This document shows, one piece after another, positions 1 through 8,424 of a DNA stretch of 14,592 nt (position 1 is the first letter of the stretch; every line of letters starts with the position of its first letter). Under the pieces are notes generated by a model that searched no databases, was not told the DNA's origin, and saw only the letters and a program-made list of their open reading frames with translations. Source of the stretch: a bacterium. Its GTDB lineage: Bacteria > Eisenbacteria > RBG-16-71-46. The position numbers were made by a program, and so were the translations under genes. The stretch covers positions 1 to 14,592 of the forward strand of contig JAYWEM010000014.1 of NCBI GenBank assembly GCA_043779265.1, written 5' to 3'.

Positions 1-93
1 GGCGGTATTGGCGGGCACGAGCGTCGTGAGCGCCGTGCCTTCGAGCACGCCGTTGATGTAGAGCCGCATCGCCGTGCCATCGTAGGTCGCGGC
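1..93 (-). other. Fragment of a LamG/concanavalin A-like jelly-roll coding sequence, out of frame with mltD
   Basis: 93->1 on the minus strand reads AATYDGTAMRLYINGVLEGTALTTLVPANTA with GC-rich third positions. This matches the typical (HV)AxTYDGxxxRLYxNG motif of LamG-like domains. Confidence 0.7.
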
Positions 94-1982
94 TGGCCCG
101 CCTGGATCGCTCTCGACTCGAGCTTGTTGGCGCGGCGCAGCGACTCGACGCTCACGCCGTGCCGTCTCGCGATCGCGCTCAGGGTCTCGCCGCGGCGCAC
201 GGTGTGGCGGGTGGCGCGAACCTGCTCAGCCTTCGGCTTGGAGCGCTTGTCCGGCTCGACCGCGGGGGCATCGGCGATCGCGGGCGAGTCGCCCGGCGCG
301 AGCGCGTGGCCGCCTTGGATGATCAATCGCTGACCGCGCTGAACGCCACCCTTGCGTGAGGTGATCGAGTTCCACTCGCGCAACTCGGCGACACTGGTGC
401 CCGTGGCCGCGGCGATCGACGATAGCGACTCGCCGGCGCGGACGATGTGCGTGCGCGTGACTGGTGCGAGTGGCGCCGGTTCCGTTGGCGTCACGACCGT
501 GGCCGAGGGGGAGGAGGAAGCGGTCGTCGCCGCGACCGTGCCCGCAGGGCCCGCGACGCCGCGAACGCGCAGGCGCTGGCCCGGGCTCAGACGGTCGGTC
601 TTGAGCGCGTTCCACTGTCGCAGGTCCGCACTGCTCACGCCGTAGAGCTTCGCCACCGTCGCCAGCGTCTGTCCGCGGCGCACCGTGTGCGAGACACGCT
701 CGAGCGTCCTGCTGTCGCCGTTCACTTTCGCGGGCAGGCCGATCACGCGCGGAGGCACGTAGGCGGTCGAGGCGCGCGGGTCGACGTCGGGATCGAGCAC
801 CTCGGGCGTCGGCGAGCGCACGCTCGCCGGGATCGTGACCATGGTGCCGCGCTTGAGCGGACGCTGCTTACTGATGCCGTTGACGCGCGCGAGCTCACGG
901 GCGCTGACGCTGTACTTGCCCGCGATGCCGGCGAGCGTCTCGCCCTTGAGCACCTTGTGGCGCATGGTCAGGTCGGCGGCGGGCAACTTCTCGCCCGACC
1001 GGATCCGCTGCATCAGTTTCTCGCCACGACCCGCCGGAACGCGCAGCGTCGTGACGCCCGTGCCGCCGCGCGCCGTCGCGCCGGTGTAGGCCGGGTTCAG
1101 CAGCTTCAACTCCTCGATCGAGCAACCGGCCAGGCGGGCGATGCTGCGCATGTCGACAGCGCCCTTGAAGCCGATCTCATCGAATGCCATCGGCTGCTCG
1201 AACTCGACCTCGGTGAACCCGTAGCGTGCCGGATCACGTGAGATGGCGAGCGCCGCCATGAACTTGGGAACGTAGTCCTCGGTCTGCTGCGGCAGTCGCA
1301 GGCTCCAGTAGTTCGTGGTGCCCTGCGCCTTCATCGCGCGCAGCACGCGGCCCTCACCGGCGTTGTAAGCCGCGAGGGCCAGCGGCCAGTCACCGAAGAT
1401 GCCGAACAGGTGACGCAGATAGCGCGCCGCGGCGACCGTCGACTTCTCGGGGTCCTTGCGCTCGTCCACCCACTGGTTGACGTTCAGGCCGAACATGCGA
1501 GACGTGCTCGCGAGGAACTGCCACGGGCCCACGGCGGCGGCGTACGAGCGCGCGTGCACATTGAACCCGCTCTCGACGAAGACGACATGCACCAGATCGG
1601 GGGGCAGGCCCTCTTTCTGGAGCACATTGCGGAAGAGCTCCATGTAGCGGCCCGAGCGCGTCATCCAACGCTCGAACGTGCTGCGGCCGTTGCCCGTGAA
1701 GAAACCGATCCACTTCACGACGTCGGCGTTCATCTGGAGCTCGATGTCCTCGATCGCCACCTGCTCGAGCACGGCTCGCTCGGCGGCGCTGCCAACGCTC
1801 TCCTTCTCGGGGATGGCGAGCGGGGCGGTGCCGGGGCCGTACCGGGGCTGCGGCGGCGGTGTCGTGACCGCGGAGTCCGGCGGCACGGCGGGTGCAACTG
1901 CGGCGCTCGTGACTCCCGGGAGGAGTCCGGCACAGATCGCGGCGGCCAGAGCGGCCCGCCGGAGGGTCTGGCGGAACTTCAT
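93..1982 (-). CDS. mltD: MltD-like lytic murein transglycosylase (signal peptide + SLT domain + 4 clear LysM repeats); native 3' end not seen
   Basis: Manual translation from ATG at 1982 (GAGGAG RBS 9 nt upstream) gives MKFRQTLRRAALAAAICAGLLPG (signal peptide). SLT motifs: VFVESGFN (catalytic Glu at 1572-1574), AVGPWQF, VDERKDPEKST, ALAAYNAGEGRV, QTEDYVPKF. LysM repeats begin HKVLKGETL, HTVRRGQTL, HIVRAGESL and HTVRRGETL. The frame has no stop down to base 1, but LysM-like sequence ends at ...AIQAGQ (about 93). Confidence 0.9.
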
Positions 1983-2031
1983 GTGGGGTTTCTCCTCGGA
2001 AGGGACCATCCGTGGCTCAACCAGCTCGGGG

Positions 2032-2077
2032 AATCTATCGGCCATGGCATGCACGCTGCAATGAAATGGATTGTCAA
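2032..2077 (-). promoter_or_regulatory. Candidate sigma70-type promoter for mltD
   Basis: Minus strand TTGCAG (2061-2056), 18 nt spacer, TAGATT (2037-2032). A separate perfect TTGACA lies at 2077-2072 but has no well-spaced -10. The patch is locally AT-rich. Confidence 0.4.
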
Positions 2078-2175
2078 CTTGCACGCAGGTCGTCCTCGAC
2101 CCGCCCCACCGACCCTTGTCGACCAACGGAGCCACCAGGAGTCACGCAAGTCCGATGCCACAAACCGCTATCTCG

Positions 2176-2204
2176 TTGACACTTGCAGCGAGCAGGGATA
2201 GCTT
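2176..2204 (+). promoter_or_regulatory. Sigma70-type promoter for the PEGA-protein gene
   Basis: TTGACA (2176-2181), 17 nt spacer, TAGCTT (2199-2204, fits TAnnnT), about 63 nt upstream of ATG 2268. Confidence 0.7.
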
Positions 2205-2267
2205 GCCGCTCGTTCCCGTACACGGATGTCCGCGGGCCCTCGTAGGCCACCGGGAGGGAGCCCCTCG

Positions 2268-5165
2268 ATGAAAATCGCCAGTTCGTCCGCCCCCAGCTGG
2301 GCGGTATCCACCCATACCGATGGCGAGGTCCTGACCGCCGGCGTCACCGGCGATCACGCCGACCTCGTCCTTCTTGGCATTCCGGTGGGCTTCACGGCCG
2401 CCGAGATCGAGGGCTGGCTCCGCGACCTGGCCGGAGTCGCGTTCGAGACCTCCACCACTGATGCGCGTCAACGCGCCATCCCGTCGCTTCTCCACCATAC
2501 GCTGACGGGGCTTCTGTTCTCGCACGCCGAGCTGTGGACCCGCGGCGACGACCCGGTGCCCTGTTCCGCCGTGTTCATCGACACGCCGGATGGCGCGTCG
2601 TTCGGCTGGGTGGGCGAAGCCAACGCACGGGTCCGCATCGAAGGCCGCGACTATTCGCCGCAGTGGGTGATCGTCCGAGACGAGGAGGGCCGCGAGGCGC
2701 GCGCCGCGATGCTGCCGCCCGGCGTGCGCGCCGAGGTCTCGGTCGAGCATTGGCCCGGTGGCCGCGACTCCGGACACGCGCCGATCACGGTCGAAGCGGA
2801 GTGGGGAGCGAGTGCGCTCACCGATTCCGCTCCCTCGACCGATCCCGCGCCGCTCACCGCCGCCAGTCCCGAGGCTCCCGCCGAGGCCGCAGCAGCGATG
2901 CCGATGGTGCTCGAGCTCGAGCACCTCGCCGCCGCGCCGATCGCCGAACTGCCGCCGCTGCCCGAGTCGCTTCCGGTCGGTCAGCCGAGTCTGATGGCTT
3001 CGGGGGCCGACGCTGTCTCGTCGCAGACGCACGTGGAAACGTCCCCCCAGCCGCCGATCGCTTCGACCATCGAGCCGTTGGAGTCGATCGCACCCGCAGA
3101 ATCGGGGTTCGCGCGCGAGCCTGCGGTAGCGCCTCCCAGGTCGCATCCGGTCGCACGCTGGCTCGGCCGCCTCATGCAGTGGGGACGAAAGGACGAGACG
3201 ATCGAAGAGGCCGCCACGGAGGCCGTGAGCGCGCCGACCGAGGTCGCGCCCGCACCCGCACCCGCGCTCGTACCCGAAGCGGCACCCACGGCATCGCCCG
3301 AGTCCCCGGGTGATGCGCCGGTGTCCCAGTACGATCTGCTGCTGACGACGCCCGAGGAGGACCTGGCTCCCGAGATGCAGGTCGTCGAGCCGGGCGACGC
3401 CGCGGCGTCGATCCCCGAGTGGAGCGAGGCATCCGCCAGTCTGCCGCCGCCTCCGGCACCGGAGATCGAGCCGCAGAGCGTGACGCCCGAGTCGCCCACG
3501 GCGTTCGCGCCACATCACGAGGAAACGCCGCCGGCGATCGAGCCATCGGCACCCGCCGCCGCGGCCGATCGGCCGACGCTCGCGCCTGCGGGCTTCGAGG
3601 ACATCCTCGGCCGCGGCCGCTCGTCCGAGCCGCCGAACCCGCTTTCACCGCAGCCCGTCGCGCCGCGCGCCCACACCGAGATGCCGTCGGATGCGACCGT
3701 GCTGCCCAAGCTGTCGGTGCCGCTGCCGCCTGAGTCGACGGACCTGCCGATCCACGTCGAGCATGAACCCATCGGCGCGCACTCCGAGCAGTTCGACATC
3801 GCGCCACTGCCGGCCGATCGCAGACTCGGGCTGTCGCGCCCGACGCTCGAGGACCCGCTGGCGAACGAAGATCCGCATGCGGCGCTGCTCGACCTGCCCT
3901 GGCTCGAGCCGAGTCACGATCGCGATCGCAGTGTGCGAGTGCCCGGAGAGCCGGTCGTCTCGCGGCGTGCGTGGCCAGCGCCCGATGAGGAGTCGAGGCT
4001 GCGGCCGCGTGTCTCTCCCGCCATGATCGGACTCGGCGCGGCCTTGGTCATTCTGTTCGGCGCGGGTTGGTTGGTCGGCAGTTGGCAGGGACAGCGGGCG
4101 GGTGAGCCCTCGATGGCCGATCGCCTGCTGCGGTCGGTCGGGCTCGGAGCGCCTCGATTCACCGCCGAGATGGAGACGCAGCCTCCTGGCGCATGGATCT
4201 CGGTCGATGGCCGCGAGCTGCAGCGCCGGACGCCCGCGTCGATCGAGCTGTCGCCGGGAGATCATCAGGTCACGTTCTCGATGCCCGATCTGGGTGAGCA
4301 TGTCGTGACGGTCTCGGGCCGCAAGGGCGAGAGCGTCAGGGTCAACGAGTCCCTGCACGGCACGCTCGAGGTGATCCCCTCCGACACGAGTGTGCCGATC
4401 CAGGTGAGCGTCGATCGTCAGCCGCTCGGCTATGCGCCGATCTCGGTCGAATCGATCGAACCGGGGCTGCACGAGGTGATGTTCTCGGGCCCCGGCATGC
4501 CGGCGTGGGCGCAGACCGTGCAGGTCGGCATCCGTCGCACCGCGCAGGTCGTCGCGCATCCGATGACGTCGCCGGCGACCGGCGTGCTGCAGGTGCAGGC
4601 GAGTCTCGACGACAGTCAGGGTTCCTCGCCGCTCTCGGGTGCTCAGGTCTTCGTCGATGGCGAGATGAAGGGCGTCACGCCGCTCTCGGTCGAGATGGCG
4701 CGTGGCCCGCACAGCATCCGCGTGCATTGGCGAGGCGAGACCGCTCCGGTCCAGGTCATCGACCTGCCGGGTGGCAACCAGCGATTCGCGATGTTCGCCT
4801 TCGGACTCGACATGGATCAGCCCATCCTCAAGCCGCTCTCGCTGCCGCGCAGCATCGATGCGACCGAACCGACGACGGTGTCCGCGGCACTCGATGGCAT
4901 GAGCGCCAACGTCGTTCGCGAGGCGTGGCTGCACGTGCGCACGAGCGAGGGCCTGTGGCGTCGCTCCTCGATGAGCGTGATGCGCGCACCCAAGGGTGTG
5001 GTGCTCTCGGCCGTCTTCCCATTCAACACCCTCGAGGGCCAGACGCAGACGAGGTGGTACATGAGCGCCCTGACGCTGCAAGGCGACGAGTACTTCACCG
5101 AGATGCAGCGCGTGCAGGTGTCGAATAGCACGCCTCGACGAACGGCGGCCTCGGACCCGCCCTGA
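2268..5165 (+). CDS. Single-pass membrane protein with three PEGA-like repeats, a long Pro/Ala/Glu linker and a possible degenerate PP2C-like N-terminal domain
   Basis: GGGAGGGAG RBS (2252-2260) favours ATG 2268 over 2226. TM segment MIGLGAALVILFGAGWLVG (about 4023-4079). PEGA-like signatures: ETQPPGAWISVDGR..RTPASIELSPGDHQV, QVSVDRQPLGYAPISVESIEPGLHEV, GAQVFVDGEMKGVTPLSVEMARGPHSIRV. Confidence 0.8.
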   Translation: MKIASSSAPSWAVSTHTDGEVLTAGVTGDHADLVLLGIPVGFTAAEIEGWLRDLAGVAFETSTTDARQRAIPSLLHHTLTGLLFSHAELWTRGDDPVPCSAVFIDTPDGASFGWVGEANARVRIEGRDYSPQWVIVRDEEGREARAAMLPPGVRAEVSVEHWPGGRDSGHAPITVEAEWGASALTDSAPSTDPAPLTAASPEAPAEAAAAMPMVLELEHLAAAPIAELPPLPESLPVGQPSLMASGADAVSSQTHVETSPQPPIASTIEPLESIAPAESGFAREPAVAPPRSHPVARWLGRLMQWGRKDETIEEAATEAVSAPTEVAPAPAPALVPEAAPTASPESPGDAPVSQYDLLLTTPEEDLAPEMQVVEPGDAAASIPEWSEASASLPPPPAPEIEPQSVTPESPTAFAPHHEETPPAIEPSAPAAAADRPTLAPAGFEDILGRGRSSEPPNPLSPQPVAPRAHTEMPSDATVLPKLSVPLPPESTDLPIHVEHEPIGAHSEQFDIAPLPADRRLGLSRPTLEDPLANEDPHAALLDLPWLEPSHDRDRSVRVPGEPVVSRRAWPAPDEESRLRPRVSPAMIGLGAALVILFGAGWLVGSWQGQRAGEPSMADRLLRSVGLGAPRFTAEMETQPPGAWISVDGRELQRRTPASIELSPGDHQVTFSMPDLGEHVVTVSGRKGESVRVNESLHGTLEVIPSDTSVPIQVSVDRQPLGYAPISVESIEPGLHEVMFSGPGMPAWAQTVQVGIRRTAQVVAHPMTSPATGVLQVQASLDDSQGSSPLSGAQVFVDGEMKGVTPLSVEMARGPHSIRVHWRGETAPVQVIDLPGGNQRFAMFAFGLDMDQPILKPLSLPRSIDATEPTTVSAALDGMSANVVREAWLHVRTSEGLWRRSSMSVMRAPKGVVLSAVFPFNTLEGQTQTRWYMSALTLQGDEYFTEMQRVQVSNSTPRRTAASDPP

Positions 5166-5189
5166 GTCCCTCGCCTCCGGAGTTCCCTG

Positions 5190-5218
5190 CGGCCCTGACC
5201 ACGATGTGGTCGGGGCCG
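5190..5218 (+). terminator. Strong GC hairpin downstream of the PEGA gene (terminator-like or stability element; no U-tract)
   Basis: CGGCCCTGACCAC-GAT-GTGGTCGGGGCCG forms a 13-bp stem with one G.U pair, starting 25 nt after the stop. Confidence 0.45.
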
Positions 5219-5311
5219 TGTGCATCGGTGGCGGAAGTGTCCGCCCGCGGCGAGGCGAAGGCGCGAGTGCGCGATGACCGAAGCGGCACGCCCTTCGCCT
5301 GAGGTCCGGGC

Positions 5312-7708
5312 ATGGGTGGACGGATCGCGGTTCCGATCGCTGTTCTCATCTGGGCGGCGCTGCTCATGGTGCCGTCTCTTCGAGTCGGCGCGGTGGCGGC
5401 CTGGTCGGCGGCCGCCGTCGCCGCCTCGCTCCTGGCGTTGCGTGCGCCGCCTCTCACCTCGCGCGCGCTGGTGTTCGTGGCGATCATGAGTGCTTCCTTC
5501 GCGCGTGGCGGCGCGCATCAGGCGAGGCTCGCCGCCGAGTCGGCATGGCTTCGCGAGTCGAGCGTCGTGGCCCGCCTCGTCGTGGTGATCGAGGAGCCAC
5601 CGAGGCGCGAGGGAGGTGAGCCCGTGGCCTCCGTTCGAGTGGTCCGCTCTCGACCGACATTCGCCGCCGGCACGCGGCTGCGATTGCGATGGCCGAAGGA
5701 GGGGGGCGGCGAGTGGGCGGACACGCTCGAGGTGCTGGCGCGGTTGGATCGGCCGAGCCCGAAGCGGTCCCCGGGCGGCTTCGATGCCGCGGCCGCCGTT
5801 CGTGCCCAGGGACTCGCGGCGCACGCGCATGCGTTCACCGTGACGCTCCGACCGGCGCGCGGCTGGGCCCGCATCCCGGTCGCCTTGGCGACACGGCTCC
5901 GCCGTGCCTGCGAGCGGGCGCTGACGCGCGCCCTTCCTCCCGAGGCGCACGAACTGGTGGCGCCGCTTCTGTTCGGCGATCGCAGTGCGATGTCCACCGA
6001 GGTCGATGCGGCCCTGCGCGCTTCGGGGCTTGTGCATCTGCTCGCGCTCTCGGGTCTGCATGTCGCTTGGATGGCAGCGGTGATGCGAGGGCTCGCCGCG
6101 ACGGCGGGCGCCTCGGCGCGCAGTCGTGCGCTGGCGGGAGCGGCGTGTGCGATCGGTTACGCACTGCTGGCCGGGCCGATCCCGTCGCTGTGGCGGGCGT
6201 CGGCCACGGAGTTGGTCACGGCGATGGCGCAGCGTGCGCAGCGATCGGTCGATCCCATCCAGGCGCTCGCCGTCAGCGCAGTCGCGCTGCTGATGTTCTC
6301 GCCCGGATGGGCGGACGACCTCGGTTTCCAGTTATCGTGCGCCGCCACGCTCGGGCTGATCACGCTCGCCCGCCCGATCGCCGCGCCTTTCACGCACCGC
6401 TTACCGGCTGTGCTCCTGACCCCGCTCGCCGCGACGATCGCGGCGCAGACCGCAGCCCTGCCGCTGCTCATCTGGCGCTTCCATGCGGTGCCGTGGACCG
6501 GGTTGCTCGCCAACCTGCTCGCCGTTCCGATCGCCGAACTGCTCCTGGCGGGAGCGTGGATCGGTGCGCTCGCCGAAGTCGTGCTGCCGGGCGCGGGTGC
6601 CATCTGGCTCTCGGCCTGCGTCCCACTCGCCGCGGCGCTGCGGGCCGTGAGCGAATCGGCGGCGCGCGTGCCGCTCGCGCTGCTGCCGTGCGGCGATGGC
6701 GCGTGGGCCGCGACGGCCGCCGCGATCGGCGCCACGCTCCTGATGATGGCGCTGAGTCCCGAGCGTGCGGTAGCGCTGGCGCGCGCCGCACGCTGGCGCG
6801 AGAGCGCGGCTGCGGCCGGCGTGCTGGCGCTGGCGCTGTCGATCGTGTCGATCGCCAGTGAGCGGCCGCTGTCGCCGCCTCGCGATCGATGGTGGTGCGT
6901 TGCGCTCGATGTCGGACAGGGCGACGCCATCGCCATCGGGACGCGCGAGGGCTGGTGGCTGATCGACACCGGTGCGCGCTCGCCCAAGTGGGATGCGGGA
7001 GAAGGCGTGGTGCTGCCGTTCCTCAGGTGGGCGGGGGTGCGCGAACTCGCCGGGCTCGTCCTGACGCATGACGACAGCGACCACACGGGAGGGGCCGAGG
7101 CGACGAGGCGCGGCATCGCGATCGCGCGCACGCACGCCTCGATCGCGTTGCCCGGCGTGAACGGACTCGCGGCGCGTTTCGGTGCGTTCGAACAGGCGAG
7201 GGGCGACACGCTTCGGCATGCGACGCCTCGATTCGTCGTCCTGTGGCCGCCTCGCCCGGGAGAATCAGGGGAGTCGATCGCTCGTCGCGGCGACAATGCC
7301 GCATCGCTCGTGCTGCGAATCGGCGAGGGCCGCGCCTCGGCGCTCCTGCTCGCCGACGTGGATTCGCTCGTCGAGGCGGAACTCGCGCTCACACCCACGT
7401 CGCTGCTCAAGGCCGGTCACCACGGCAGCGGCTCCTCGAGCGGCGCCTCGTTGCTCTCTCGCGTCCGTCCATCGGTCGCGATCCTCTCCTGCGGTCGGCG
7501 CAATCGATACGGACATCCGGAGCGGGGCGTGCTCGTACGGCTCGCCACGTTCGGCGTCGCGACTCAGCGAACCGATCTCGCGGGGAGCTTCGTGCACGAG
7601 TTCGGCCCGGGCGGACGCACCGTGCTCGACTGGCGAGGCGGCGCGATGCGGCCTGTCGGACCGAAGCTCGCGGCCGCCGGTCCGTGCTCGGGCGCGCGCT
7701 CGCAATGA
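5312..7708 (+). CDS. comEC: DNA uptake competence protein ComEC/Rec2 with C-terminal metallo-beta-lactamase-fold domain
   Basis: Competence-domain motifs LLFGDRS, SGLVHLLALSGLHV, DLGFQLS, GLLANLLAVP. MBL motifs DVGQGDA, LIDTG, LTHDDSDHTGG, DNAASLV, LKAGHHGS, NRYGHP, RTD. Many hydrophobic helices. GAGG at 5301-5304 precedes the ATG. Confidence 0.95.
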   Translation: MGGRIAVPIAVLIWAALLMVPSLRVGAVAAWSAAAVAASLLALRAPPLTSRALVFVAIMSASFARGGAHQARLAAESAWLRESSVVARLVVVIEEPPRREGGEPVASVRVVRSRPTFAAGTRLRLRWPKEGGGEWADTLEVLARLDRPSPKRSPGGFDAAAAVRAQGLAAHAHAFTVTLRPARGWARIPVALATRLRRACERALTRALPPEAHELVAPLLFGDRSAMSTEVDAALRASGLVHLLALSGLHVAWMAAVMRGLAATAGASARSRALAGAACAIGYALLAGPIPSLWRASATELVTAMAQRAQRSVDPIQALAVSAVALLMFSPGWADDLGFQLSCAATLGLITLARPIAAPFTHRLPAVLLTPLAATIAAQTAALPLLIWRFHAVPWTGLLANLLAVPIAELLLAGAWIGALAEVVLPGAGAIWLSACVPLAAALRAVSESAARVPLALLPCGDGAWAATAAAIGATLLMMALSPERAVALARAARWRESAAAAGVLALALSIVSIASERPLSPPRDRWWCVALDVGQGDAIAIGTREGWWLIDTGARSPKWDAGEGVVLPFLRWAGVRELAGLVLTHDDSDHTGGAEATRRGIAIARTHASIALPGVNGLAARFGAFEQARGDTLRHATPRFVVLWPPRPGESGESIARRGDNAASLVLRIGEGRASALLLADVDSLVEAELALTPTSLLKAGHHGSGSSSGASLLSRVRPSVAILSCGRRNRYGHPERGVLVRLATFGVATQRTDLAGSFVHEFGPGGRTVLDWRGGAMRPVGPKLAAAGPCSGARSQ

Positions 7709-7724
7709 ACGGCTGGTGTTGCAC

Positions 7725-7753
7725 TTGAGCGAGTACGAACTCACGGCTATGGT
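7725..7753 (+). promoter_or_regulatory. Candidate internal sigma70-type promoter for the pur cluster
   Basis: TTGAGC (7725-7730), 17 nt spacer, TATGGT (7748-7753), in a lower-GC 50-nt gap; ends 5 nt before the purN GTG. Confidence 0.55.
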
Positions 7754-7758
7754 GAGGC

Positions 7759-8424
7759 GTGCTCGCGTCCAGGCCCGTCCGATTCGCCGTGCTGGCTTCC
7801 GGCAACGGCTCGAACCTCGAGGCGCTCGCGGATGCCGCTGAACGCGGCACGCTGGGGGGCCCGATCGTCGCCGTCCTCAGTGATGTCCCCGATGCGTTCG
7901 CACTCGAGCGCGCGAGACGACGCGGCCTCCCCGCACTGGCGCTTCCGACCGGACGCTTCCGCACGCGGATCGAGGACGAGTCCCCTTGGCTCCAGGCCCT
8001 GCTCGATCATGGGACCGAGGTCGTGCTGTGCGCCGGATTCATGCGCCGTCTGCACACCACGCTGCTCGCACCCTTCGCCGGTCGCATGCTCAATATCCAT
8101 CCCTCGCTGCTGCCGAGCTTCGCGGGGCGTGACGGCATCGGCGATGCGCTCGCCCACGGCGTGCGCGTCACCGGTTGCACCGTGCATCGGGTGGAGGAGG
8201 GCATCGACTCGGGTCCGATCGTGGCGCAAGCGGCGGTCGAGGTTCTCTCGGACGACACGCGTGATTCACTCGCCGAGCGCATCCACGCCGCCGAACATGC
8301 GCTCTACCCGGGAGCGGTGAGGCAGTACGTGCAGCTGCCGTGGCGACTCGATGGCCGACGCATCGTGTTCGGCGCAGGCGACGGACTCCAGCTCCCACCC
8401 ACCCAGGAGGCGGCGCGTGGTTGA
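7759..8424 (+). CDS. purN: Phosphoribosylglycinamide formyltransferase
   Basis: VLASGNGSNL, LCAGFMRRL, NIHPSLLPSF, GCTVHRV, IDSGPIVAQ, IHAAEH; catalytic N, H and D present. Confidence 0.96.
   Translation: MLASRPVRFAVLASGNGSNLEALADAAERGTLGGPIVAVLSDVPDAFALERARRRGLPALALPTGRFRTRIEDESPWLQALLDHGTEVVLCAGFMRRLHTTLLAPFAGRMLNIHPSLLPSFAGRDGIGDALAHGVRVTGCTVHRVEEGIDSGPIVAQAAVEVLSDDTRDSLAERIHAAEHALYPGAVRQYVQLPWRLDGRRIVFGAGDGLQLPPTQEAARG

Noticed and set aside
124..2201. Plus-strand ORFs 447-1241, 1410-2201 and similar
   Set aside because: They are antisense to the mltD-like gene, which is missing from the ORF track only because it lacks a stop inside the window.
5222..5305. Possible ZMP/ZTP (pfl) riboswitch, suggested by TGGCGGAAGTG...CGCCTG and the nearby pur genes
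   Set aside because: It lacks the GACUG lead-in, the GUGG/CCAC stem in the right position and the CUGGGC end, and it precedes comEC rather than a pur gene. An Rfam scan would settle it.
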